A DNA stretch of 54,434 bases from Candidatus Methylomirabilota bacterium (GTDB lineage: Bacteria > Methylomirabilota > Methylomirabilia > Rokubacteriales > DASRDR01). Positions 47,618 to 54,434 of this stretch are shown here, in pieces. The notes under the pieces were generated by a model that was not told where the DNA came from, did not search any database, and saw only the letters and a program-made list of their open reading frames with translations. The stretch covers positions 1-54,434 of the forward strand of contig DASYUM010000130.1 in assembly GCA_036001225.1 (NCBI GenBank), read 5' to 3'. The stretch's first letter is position 1. Every line of letters starts with the position of its first letter. Made by a program: the position numbers and the translations under genes.

Positions 47618-48676
47618 ATGTCCCTCTTCGACGCGCGCGCCGCGCGGGTCACGCTCACCGTGGCCGCGATGCTCCTGGTCGCCGGCCTCCTCTACCTGCT
47701 CCGCCACCTGCTCCTGCTGCTGGTCTTCTCGGTCTTCCTCGCCTACCTCCTGTTTCCCCTGGTTCGGCTGCTCGAGCGCGGCTGCCGGCGCCGGGTGTGG
47801 GCGATCCTGGCCGTGTACGCGATCCTCCTGGTCGGGCTGGGTTTCCTGGGCGGGGCCGTCGGGCGTCGCCTGGCCAGCGAAGTGGCGACGTTGGCCGAGA
47901 AGCTGCCGGAGATGTCCCAGCGCGTCCAGAGCGGAGCCGTGGTCGGCTCGGTCCTCGAGCAGCGGGGGTGGGAGGCCGAGCAGGTGCGGGAGGTCGAGCG
48001 GCTGGTGGGGGGCTATACCCACCAGATGGTCGGCTATGCTCAGGGCGCCATCGGCCGGGCGCTCAAGTGGCTGGCCGGCGCCTGGGTGATCGTCCTCATC
48101 CCGGTCTTCGCCTTCTTCGTCCTCAAGGACGCCGAGGCCATCATGGCCGGCGCCGCCGCCCTTCTCGAGAACCGCCGCCACCGCCAGCTCTGGCGGAGCA
48201 TCGCCGCCGACGTCGACGTGCTCCTGGCCGACTACGTCCGGGCCCTGCTCCTGCTCTCGGCGATCACCTTCGGCGTGTGGTCGGCGGTCTTCGCCCTGGC
48301 CGGCGTCCCCTACCCGCTGGTCCTGGCCGCCATCGGGGGCGCCCTCGAGTTCATCCCGATCGTCGGTCCCCTGTCGGCCGGGGTGATCGTGGTGGGGGTC
48401 AGCCTGTTCAGCGGCTATGAGCACCCCTGGCTGCTGGCCGGGTTCCTCCTCCTCTGGCGGGGCGTCCAGGACTACCTGTCGAGTCCGCTGATCATGGGGC
48501 GGGGCGCCGAGCTCCACCCGGCGCTGGTGATCGCGGGCGTCCTGGCCGGGGGGGAGATCGGGGGAACGGCCGGCATGTTCCTCTCCGTCCCCGTGATTGC
48601 CGCGCTCCGCATCATCTGGCGGCGGCTGCGCGAGCCGTCGGCGGAACGGGCCGCCTCCCCGCCCCGCGCCGCTTGA
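47618..48676 (+). CDS. AI-2E family transporter (PerM/UPF0118)
   Basis: 8-TM protein with a conserved C-terminal GGxxG...SVP region (GGEIGGTAGMFLSVPV). Confidence 0.8.
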   Translation: MSLFDARAARVTLTVAAMLLVAGLLYLLRHLLLLLVFSVFLAYLLFPLVRLLERGCRRRVWAILAVYAILLVGLGFLGGAVGRRLASEVATLAEKLPEMSQRVQSGAVVGSVLEQRGWEAEQVREVERLVGGYTHQMVGYAQGAIGRALKWLAGAWVIVLIPVFAFFVLKDAEAIMAGAAALLENRRHRQLWRSIAADVDVLLADYVRALLLLSAITFGVWSAVFALAGVPYPLVLAAIGGALEFIPIVGPLSAGVIVVGVSLFSGYEHPWLLAGFLLLWRGVQDYLSSPLIMGRGAELHPALVIAGVLAGGEIGGTAGMFLSVPVIAALRIIWRRLREPSAERAASPPRAA

Positions 48677-48718
48677 CCGCGTCGCCCGGGCGGCGGCGGG
48701 CCGCGAACCGGTCGGCCC

Positions 48719-49861
48719 TCACTCCCGCCGCGACCGAGGGCGGCGCCGCCGGGGCTTCGCGGGGCGCCGACGCCTGCGCTCGGGCCGATCCTGACTGAAC
48801 GCGGTCGAGCCGAGCCGCGCCGTCGGCCCCTCGAGCTGCGGGGTCTGGCGGACGTGCCAGTCGGTGACCGTTTCCCGGATCCGCCGGATGAGCTGGCGGT
48901 ACGTCACGCGCCCTCGCGCCGCGTCGACGGCCTTAACCAGGGCATACGTGAGCGCCCCGTGATAGTCCCGGTCGACCAGGAGGTCGATCGAGGTCTCGGT
49001 GGCCTTGCAGGCCGCGACCAGCACGGGCTCGTAGCCGCCTCGGGGCCGGGCTTGGCGAAAGAGGCGCCGCGGCCCCTCGGCCGGATCCTGGGGCGCGGGG
49101 TCCCTGATGGTGACGCTGAAGTAGGGGCCGAGGTCTTCGATGCCCACCGCCGCCCGGTGGCGGATGTCGGGCGGCGGGAGCAGGAAGCGGTCGACGGCCT
49201 GGGGGCGGACGTCGCGGATGCCGGTCCCGGAGTGGCAGCTGTCGAGCACGACGGTGAGCTTCGTCTTCTTGGGCAGCGGGTCGAAGTAGCGGGCGAGGAC
49301 GTCGTCGGTCAGAGGGCGGTCCCAGTCCATGTCATAGGGACAGATGATCTCGTCCAGGCGGTCGGGCTCGTCCCCGCTCCGATCCGCGACCTGGGACCCG
49401 TGACCGGAGAAGTGGAATACCAGCTCGTCGCCGTCGCGGACGTCGGACACCAGCCACTCCAACCGATCCAGAATCGCGGCCCGCGTGGCCCGCTCGTCGG
49501 TGAGCAGCCGGAGACCGGCTTTTTCGAAGCCGAAGCGTCGGCGGAGCAGGTCGGCCATCTGGAGGGCGTCGTTCACGCACCCGTTCAGCTTGGGCGCCCG
49601 GACGCCATAGTTGTTGAGCCCGACCAGGACGGCCTTTCGTCCGAGGTGAGGCGCCTTCAGGAAGACCCGGACGCCGAGCCCGCGCAGCGCCTCCCGCAGG
49701 ATCTCGCCCACCGCGCTGTCGCGCAGATAGTTGAGAATCCCGTGCGGGTTCCAGGCCAGAAAGAAGGCCCGCTCGTCCCGATCGAGGGTTCCGTCGAAGA
49801 AGCCGTCGAGCCCGCCCACCAGCCTGGGGCCGACGGGGTCCCACTGGTTGTAGATTTGCAA
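48719..49861 (-). CDS. caspase-family (C14) peptidase, orthocaspase-like, with ~75-aa N-terminal and Arg-rich C-terminal extensions
   Basis: His–Cys dyad in the canonical context: VFHFSGHGSQ and VVLDSCHSGT. No signal peptide. Confidence 0.75.
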   Translation of the reverse strand: MQIYNQWDPVGPRLVGGLDGFFDGTLDRDERAFFLAWNPHGILNYLRDSAVGEILREALRGLGVRVFLKAPHLGRKAVLVGLNNYGVRAPKLNGCVNDALQMADLLRRRFGFEKAGLRLLTDERATRAAILDRLEWLVSDVRDGDELVFHFSGHGSQVADRSGDEPDRLDEIICPYDMDWDRPLTDDVLARYFDPLPKKTKLTVVLDSCHSGTGIRDVRPQAVDRFLLPPPDIRHRAAVGIEDLGPYFSVTIRDPAPQDPAEGPRRLFRQARPRGGYEPVLVAACKATETSIDLLVDRDYHGALTYALVKAVDAARGRVTYRQLIRRIRETVTDWHVRQTPQLEGPTARLGSTAFSQDRPERRRRRPAKPRRRRPRSRRE

Positions 49862-49865
49862 TGCG

Positions 49866-49887
49866 TGGTGTATCAGAATGCATACAC
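49866..49887. promoter_or_regulatory. inverted repeat GGTGTAT-N8-ATACACC between uvrB and the caspase gene
   Basis: ggtgtat-cagaatgc-atacacc. Locally AT-rich, about 5-25 nt upstream of the caspase start. Coordinates ±2. Confidence 0.4.
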
Positions 49888-49937
49888 CCGGTCGGCGGGG
49901 CCGATGACCGCGACGGCCCGGCCGACGCCGCCGGCGG

Positions 49938-51929
49938 TCAGGACACGCGGAGGTCGAGTTTGCGCAGAGCTTTGATCCGGTCCCGGAGCTCGGCCGCCCG
50001 CTCGAAGTCGAGCCGCTTGGCCGCCTCCTTCATCTCGCTCTCGAGCCGCCGGATCGCCGCCGCCAGCTCCTCGGCCGATTCGAATCGCTCCTCGGTCTCA
50101 ACGACCTCGACCGTGTAGTAGTCGCGCTCCTCCACCGAGCGGAGCACCTCCCGGATCGCGCGCCGGATCGACTCGGGGGTGATCCCGTGCTCCTGGTTGT
50201 ACGCCTCCTGCAGGGCCCGCCGTCGCTCCGTCTCCGAGATGGCGAAGCGCATCGAGTCCGTCTGTTTGTCGGCATACATGATGACCTCGCCCCGGACGTT
50301 GCGGGCGGCCCGGCCGGCGGTCTGGATGAGCGAGGTGCCCGAGCGGAGGTAGCCCTCCTTGTCGGCGTCGAGGATGGCCACCAGCGAGACCTCCGGCAGG
50401 TCGAGGCCCTCGCGCAGGAGGTTGATCCCGATCAGCGCGTCGAACTTCCCCAGGCGCAGGTCGCGGATCACCTCCACCCGCTCGAGGGTGTCGATGTCCG
50501 AGTGGAGGTAGCGGACCCGAAGGCCCATCTGCAGGTAGTACTCGGTGAGGTCCTCGGCCATCCGTTTGGTGAGCGTGGTGACCAGCACCCGCTCCTCACG
50601 CTCGGCCCGCTCGCGGATCTCGTGGAGAAGGTCGTCCACCTGCTCGCCGGCCGGGCGGACGCTGATCCGGGGGTCCATGAGCCCGGTCGGCCGGATGATC
50701 TGCTCGACCGCCGCCCCCTCGGCCCGGGCCACCTCGTACTCGGCCGGCGTCGCCGACACGGAGAGGACCTGGCCCACCACCCGCGTGAACTCGTCGAAGG
50801 TGAGCGGACGGTTGTCGAACGCCGACGGCAGCCGGAACCCGTACTCGACCAGGGCCTCCTTCCGGGAGCGGTCGCCGTGGTACATCCCCCGAAGCTGGGG
50901 AACGGTGACGTGGCTCTCGTCGATGACCACCAGCGTGTCCTTGGGAAAGTAGTCCATCAGCGTCGCCGGCGTCTCGCCGGCCCGGCGGCCGGCCAGGTGG
51001 CGCGAGTAGTTCTCGATCCCGTGGCAGTAACCGATCTCCCGCAGCATCTCCAGATCGAACAGCGTCCGCTGCTCGAGCCGCTGGGCTTCCAGGAGCTTCC
51101 CGTGGGCCCGGAAGTAGGCGAGCCGCTCGGCCAGCTCGACCTTGATCGACTCGATGGCCTGCTCGAGCTGCTCGGCCGGCGTCACGTAGTGACTGGCCGG
51201 ATAGATGGCGGCCTGGCCGAGCCGCCCCAGCGCCTGCCCCTTCAAGGGGTCGATCTGGTGGATCGCCTCCACGGTGTCGCCGAACAGCTCGATCCGGAGG
51301 GCGACCGTCTCGTCGGAGGCGGGGAAGACCTCGACGACGTCCCCGCGCACCCGGAAGGTGCCCCGGTGGAAGTCGTAGTCGTTCCGCTCGTACTGGAGGG
51401 CCACCAGCTGCTTGAGGATGTCGTCCCGCTCCCGCTCCTCGCCTTCGGCCACCGCCAGGTGCATGGCGTGGTAGGTCTCGGGCGAACCGAGGCCGTAGAT
51501 GCAGGAGACCGACGCCACGATGACGACGTCTCGCCGCTCGAAGAGCGCCTTGGTCGCCGAGTGCCGCATCCGATCGATCTCGTCGTTGATGAGGGCGTCC
51601 TTCTCGATGTAGGTGTCGGTCTGCGGGATGTAGGCCTCGGGCTGGTAGTAGTCATAGTAGGAGACGAAGTACTCGACGGCGTTCTCGGGGAAGAAGGCCC
51701 TGAACTCCCCGTAGAGCTGGGCGGCCAGGGTCTTGTTGGGCGAGATGACCAGGATCGGCCGCTGCACCTTCTCGATCACCGACGCCGCCGTGAAGGTCTT
51801 GCCCGACCCGGTCACCCCGACCAGGACGACGTCGGGCCGGCCGGCGGTGATCCAGCGCGTCAGCTCCCGGATCGCCCGCGGCTGATCGCCCTGGGGCGCG
51901 TACTCGGAGACGAGGCGGAACGGGGGCAC
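49938..51929 (-). CDS. uvrB: excinuclease ABC subunit B
   Basis: [10 protein letters not shown] helicase motif I and a beta-hairpin. 663 aa. GTG start. Confidence 0.95.
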   Translation of the reverse strand: MPPFRLVSEYAPQGDQPRAIRELTRWITAGRPDVVLVGVTGSGKTFTAASVIEKVQRPILVISPNKTLAAQLYGEFRAFFPENAVEYFVSYYDYYQPEAYIPQTDTYIEKDALINDEIDRMRHSATKALFERRDVVIVASVSCIYGLGSPETYHAMHLAVAEGEERERDDILKQLVALQYERNDYDFHRGTFRVRGDVVEVFPASDETVALRIELFGDTVEAIHQIDPLKGQALGRLGQAAIYPASHYVTPAEQLEQAIESIKVELAERLAYFRAHGKLLEAQRLEQRTLFDLEMLREIGYCHGIENYSRHLAGRRAGETPATLMDYFPKDTLVVIDESHVTVPQLRGMYHGDRSRKEALVEYGFRLPSAFDNRPLTFDEFTRVVGQVLSVSATPAEYEVARAEGAAVEQIIRPTGLMDPRISVRPAGEQVDDLLHEIRERAEREERVLVTTLTKRMAEDLTEYYLQMGLRVRYLHSDIDTLERVEVIRDLRLGKFDALIGINLLREGLDLPEVSLVAILDADKEGYLRSGTSLIQTAGRAARNVRGEVIMYADKQTDSMRFAISETERRRALQEAYNQEHGITPESIRRAIREVLRSVEERDYYTVEVVETEERFESAEELAAAIRRLESEMKEAAKRLDFERAAELRDRIKALRKLDLRVS

Positions 51930-51937
51930 GACCGACT

Positions 51938-52022
51938 ACGTCTTCGGGGGGGTCTCGGAAGACCCCCCCGAAACTCTCCCGGGAATTGCGGCGGCGGAGC
52001 CGCCGCTCGGAGCGGACCACCA
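51938..52022 (+). repeat. double-hairpin intergenic repeat, copy B
   Basis: ttcgggggggtc-tcggaa-gacccccccgaa (13-bp stem) and gcggcggc-gga-gccgccgc. Only ~10 nt upstream of the uvrB GTG, on the opposite strand. Confidence 0.7.
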
Positions 52023-52051
52023 ACCGCTGGTGCTCGTGCAACCGTCGCGCA

Positions 52052-52062
52052 TGGTTAACCCA
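52052..52062. promoter_or_regulatory. palindrome tGGTTAACCca upstream of uvrB
   Basis: Perfect 8-bp GGTTAACC (10 bp with flanks) in the HNH–uvrB intergenic region. Confidence 0.3.
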
Positions 52063-52093
52063 ACGGGCTAGGGGCGGGCCGGGCGGCCCGGAC

Positions 52094-52651
52094 TCAGACG
52101 CTGGACGGGATCGCCGCCGCCGACACCCCCGCCGGCACCGTGGTCAGATACTTCCGCCAGGCGTCGAGGAACAGCGCGGCGTGCGGGTGTCGCAGGAGAT
52201 GGATCGAGAACAGGAACTGCGGGTGGGACGGCGCCCTCACCAGGGCCATCCCCGCCTCGTCCGCCGTCCGGTTGCCCTTGTGCAGGTTGCAGCGGAGACA
52301 GGCCGCCACCACGTTGGTCCAGGTCGTCTCCCCGCCCTTCGAGCGCGGCACCACGTGGTCCACCGTGAGCCGGTCTCCTCGCCGCGCGCAGTACTGGCAA
52401 GTGTAGTGGTCACGGCGGAGGATGTTCTTCTTGTTGAAGGCCACCCGCTCGACGAACGGTTTCCGGATGTAGATGGCGAGCCGGATCACCGAGGGGAGCG
52501 GGAAGCTCCGCGACGGTGACCGGACGACCCGGGGCGAGGACTCGACGCTCTCGGCCTTCCCGGAGAGCAGCAGCGTGATCGCCCGTCGGGCATTGGTGAA
52601 ATGAAGCGGCTCGAAGCTTCCATTGAGCACCAATACGGCAATTTCGTCCAT
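52094..52651 (-). CDS. HNH endonuclease-family protein
   Basis: CQYC...DHVVPRSKGG...N...H...CLRCNLHKGN, an HNH zinc-hook motif. Start at the internal ATG (MDEIAV). Confidence 0.7.
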   Translation of the reverse strand: MDEIAVLVLNGSFEPLHFTNARRAITLLLSGKAESVESSPRVVRSPSRSFPLPSVIRLAIYIRKPFVERVAFNKKNILRRDHYTCQYCARRGDRLTVDHVVPRSKGGETTWTNVVAACLRCNLHKGNRTADEAGMALVRAPSHPQFLFSIHLLRHPHAALFLDAWRKYLTTVPAGVSAAAIPSSV

Positions 52652-52663
52652 ACGGCACAAAAT

Positions 52664-52691
52664 GATATAGAACAGCCGCGGGGGCTGTCAA
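52664..52691 (-). promoter_or_regulatory. sigma70-type promoter TTGACA-16-TATATC for the HNH gene (near-leaderless)
   Basis: Minus strand reads TTGACAgcccccgcggctgttcTATATCattttgtgccgtATG. The -10 ends about 14 nt before the ATG and there is no SD. Confidence 0.5.
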
Positions 52692-52733
52692 ATCCGCGGG
52701 AACGTTGAGCCCCCCGTCGGCCCGGTCCGGTCG

Positions 52734-52759
52734 GCCGGCCGCCTCGCGAGGCGGCCGGC
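52734..52759 (-). terminator. GC-rich hairpin downstream of the peroxiredoxin gene (candidate intrinsic terminator)
   Basis: gccggccgcc-tcgcga-ggcggccggc, a 10-bp stem, 24 nt after the stop. No U-tract, as is usual at this GC content. Confidence 0.4.
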
Positions 52760-52782
52760 GGCGACCGCGAGCCGAACGAGGC

Positions 52783-53436
52783 TTACTTCGGCTGCGCTAC
52801 GGTCCGCAGATAGGGCTTCAGCGTCTTGAAGCCCTGCGGATACTTCTTCTTCGCGTCCTCGTCGGACACGGACGTCGGAATGATGACGTCCTGGCCTGGC
52901 TTCCAGTTCACCGGCGTGGCGACCGTGTGCCTGGCGGTCAACTGGCAGGAGTCGAGCAGGCGCAGCACCTCGTCGAAGTTGCGGCCCGTGCTCATCGGAT
53001 AGGCGAGCATCGCCTTGACCTTCTTGTCGGGCCCGATGACAAACACCGAGCGCACCGTGGCGTTGTCCACGGCAGTGCGCTTGCCGGGGATCGCGTTGGG
53101 GTGGATCATGTCGTAGAGCTTCGCGACCGTCAGGTCGGCGTCGCTGATGATCGGATAGTTGACGGCGTGCCCCTGGGTCTCCTGGATGTCCTTGGACCAG
53201 GACTGGTGATCGCTCACGGGATCGACGCTCAGCCCGATGATCTTGATGTTGCGCTTGTCGAACTCGGGCTTGAGACCGGCCATGTAGCCGAGCTCGGTGG
53301 TGCAAACGGGCGTGAAGTCCTTCGGATGCGAGAACAGGATCGCCCACTTGTCACCGATCCATTCATGGAAGCGGATCTTGCCCTCCGTAGTCTCAGCCGT
53401 GAAATCCGGCGCCTCGTCGCCGATGCGTATGGCCAT
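52783..53436 (-). CDS. 1-Cys peroxiredoxin (Prx6 subfamily)
   Basis: FTPVCTTE peroxidatic Cys motif. 217 aa. GGAGG RBS. Confidence 0.9.
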   Translation of the reverse strand: MAIRIGDEAPDFTAETTEGKIRFHEWIGDKWAILFSHPKDFTPVCTTELGYMAGLKPEFDKRNIKIIGLSVDPVSDHQSWSKDIQETQGHAVNYPIISDADLTVAKLYDMIHPNAIPGKRTAVDNATVRSVFVIGPDKKVKAMLAYPMSTGRNFDEVLRLLDSCQLTARHTVATPVNWKPGQDVIIPTSVSDEDAKKKYPQGFKTLKPYLRTVAQPK

Positions 53437-53553
53437 TGTTCACCTCCATTGGGTCCGCGTTGAGGGATTCACGTGGCGGGCCAGAGAGCCCCACCGCAGA
53501 TAGACCAACATCAATTCTTGTACGCGCGCCGGGGGGAGAAGTCAACCGGAGCT

Positions 53554-54000
53554 TCAGCGGGGCCGGCGCTCCACCGTGCCTCCCTGAGCGTCCACGACCA
53601 GCCAGTCGCCGGGGCGGATCCGGGCGAAGGTCGCCCCGTCCACGGTGACCATGGGGATCGTCCGGCCGTAGAGCGACGCGCCGACCAGCGGTCCCACGGC
53701 CAGCACCGGCTCCAGGGCCCGGGTCACGATGGCGGCCGGCGCTTGCGCGGTCCGGATCAGCTCGAGCAGGATGTTCGACGTCGTGCAGGACCCCCGCCCG
53801 TTGGGCAGCACGAGGACGCGGCCGGCCAGCCGCTCCCCGAAGAGGACGTGGCGAGGGTTGGTCACCCGGCCGGTGGCGGGGTCCACGTCCCCCCAGAACG
53901 AGAGGGCTTCGATCGAGACCAGCGCGGATCCCTCCCCGTGGCCGGCGATGATGGGGGCGGCGACCCACCGCTCGGTCGCGGCCGCGTCTAGTCCCCCCAC
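53554..54000 (-). CDS. aconitase-X swivel-domain protein (AcnX small subunit, DUF126)
   Basis: 148 aa with a glycine-rich swivel (PNGRGSCTTS). Overlaps the stop of the upstream AcnX catalytic ORF. Confidence 0.6.
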   Translation of the reverse strand: MGGLDAAATERWVAAPIIAGHGEGSALVSIEALSFWGDVDPATGRVTNPRHVLFGERLAGRVLVLPNGRGSCTTSNILLELIRTAQAPAAIVTRALEPVLAVGPLVGASLYGRTIPMVTVDGATFARIRPGDWLVVDAQGGTVERRPR

Positions 54001-54434
54001 AGCGCGGCCTCCTCCTCCCCCATCCCGTCCCCCAGGGCGTAGGCCAGGCAGTCATCGAGAGAGGCCAGCGTGACCTCGAGCCCGCTGGCGGCGGCGTAGT
54101 GGGCCTGCTTCCCGGAGTTGGTCAGCATGTGCGCGAAGCCCCAGCCGTCGATGCGGGTGGTCATCGCGCAGGTGTCGGTGAGCAGGCGGATTCCGGCGGC
54201 TTCCAGGGCCGCCAGGTGGCCCGACTCGGCCAGCTGGTGGGCGACGGCGCGGCTGGTCGAGATCCAGACCTCCACGTCGCGCCGCACTCGCCGCCCTTGG
54301 CACCGCTCCGCCACCTCCACGGCCTCGCCGAGGGAGAGGTGCGGGCAGCCGAGCTTGACGAAGTCCGCCCCGTCCACCGGGGCCCGCGAGAGCCGATCGC
54401 GCGCCGCGCGCAGCTCGGCCAGCGTCACCCCCAC
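53988..54434 (-). CDS. aconitase-X catalytic domain protein (AcnX large subunit, DUF521), C-terminal part; 5' end runs off the window
   Basis: C-terminal ...LLTDTCAMTTRIDGWGF... region. The ORF continues beyond the window edge. Confidence 0.55.
   Translation of the reverse strand: MGVTLAELRAARDRLSRAPVDGADFVKLGCPHLSLGEAVEVAERCQGRRVRRDVEVWISTSRAVAHQLAESGHLAALEAAGIRLLTDTCAMTTRIDGWGFAHMLTNSGKQAHYAAASGLEVTLASLDDCLAYALGDGMGEEEAALWGD

Noticed and set aside
49866-49887. Calling the GGTGTAT-N8-ATACACC repeat a LexA (SOS) box.
   Set aside because: Its half-sites resemble the E. coli CTGTAT arms, but the spacing is 4 nt longer than the gamma-proteobacterial box and it matches no other LexA consensus I know of (Gram-positive, alpha-, delta- or cyanobacterial). 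It is kept only as a hypothesis in the findings.
52094-52651. The HNH nuclease as part of a restriction-modification, toxin or defence system.
   Set aside because: It is a single small HNH-only protein between uvrB and a peroxiredoxin. There is no adjacent methyltransferase, immunity protein or partner ORF. It matches the widespread stand-alone housekeeping HNH family.
52672-52688. The hairpin acagcc-gcggg-ggctgt as a terminator for the peroxiredoxin gene.
   Set aside because: It overlaps the -35 and spacer of a much better-supported TTGACA-16-TATATC promoter for the HNH gene. The stronger 10-bp hairpin at 52734-52759 is the likelier terminator.

Overview
This 54.4-kb window is a very high-GC (~70%) bacterial chromosomal segment, Gram-negative by its LPS genes. 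It is almost entirely housekeeping, and about 41 of 45 protein genes are on the minus strand. I found no rRNA, tRNA, CRISPR or obvious mobile element. The centrepiece is a long co-directional array matching the conserved rpoN neighbourhood: murJ–dtd–xerD | poly(A)/CCA-transferase-like–pyrG–kdsA–kdsD–kdsC | lptC–lptA–lptB–rpoN–hpf–rapZ | GH57–cupin. It lacks ptsN. Other content: dnaE (5' partial), an SPFH pair, guaA plus an IMPDH-family gene, coaX–birA–valS, an in-frame fused lptF–lptG permease, metK and ahcY, leuS–lptE–holA, uvrC, uvrB, rpsT, an AI-2E transporter, an orthocaspase, an HNH nuclease, a 1-Cys peroxiredoxin, and an AcnX pair (3' partial). There is also a cell-envelope glycosylation locus: two GT39/ArnT-like genes, an ArnC-like GT2, a UPF0182 membrane protein, a Wza-like exporter and a PHP hydrolase. 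Structure not explained by the gene map includes two small repeat families at three copies each, an exact 51-bp duplication of the ahcY 5' end, strong sigma54 and sigma70 promoter matches, and several operator-like palindromes. The caspase gene sits directly downstream of uvrB behind one such palindrome. All calls rest on reading the ORF translations for family motifs and scanning the DNA by eye. Coordinates of small DNA motifs are ±2 nt.
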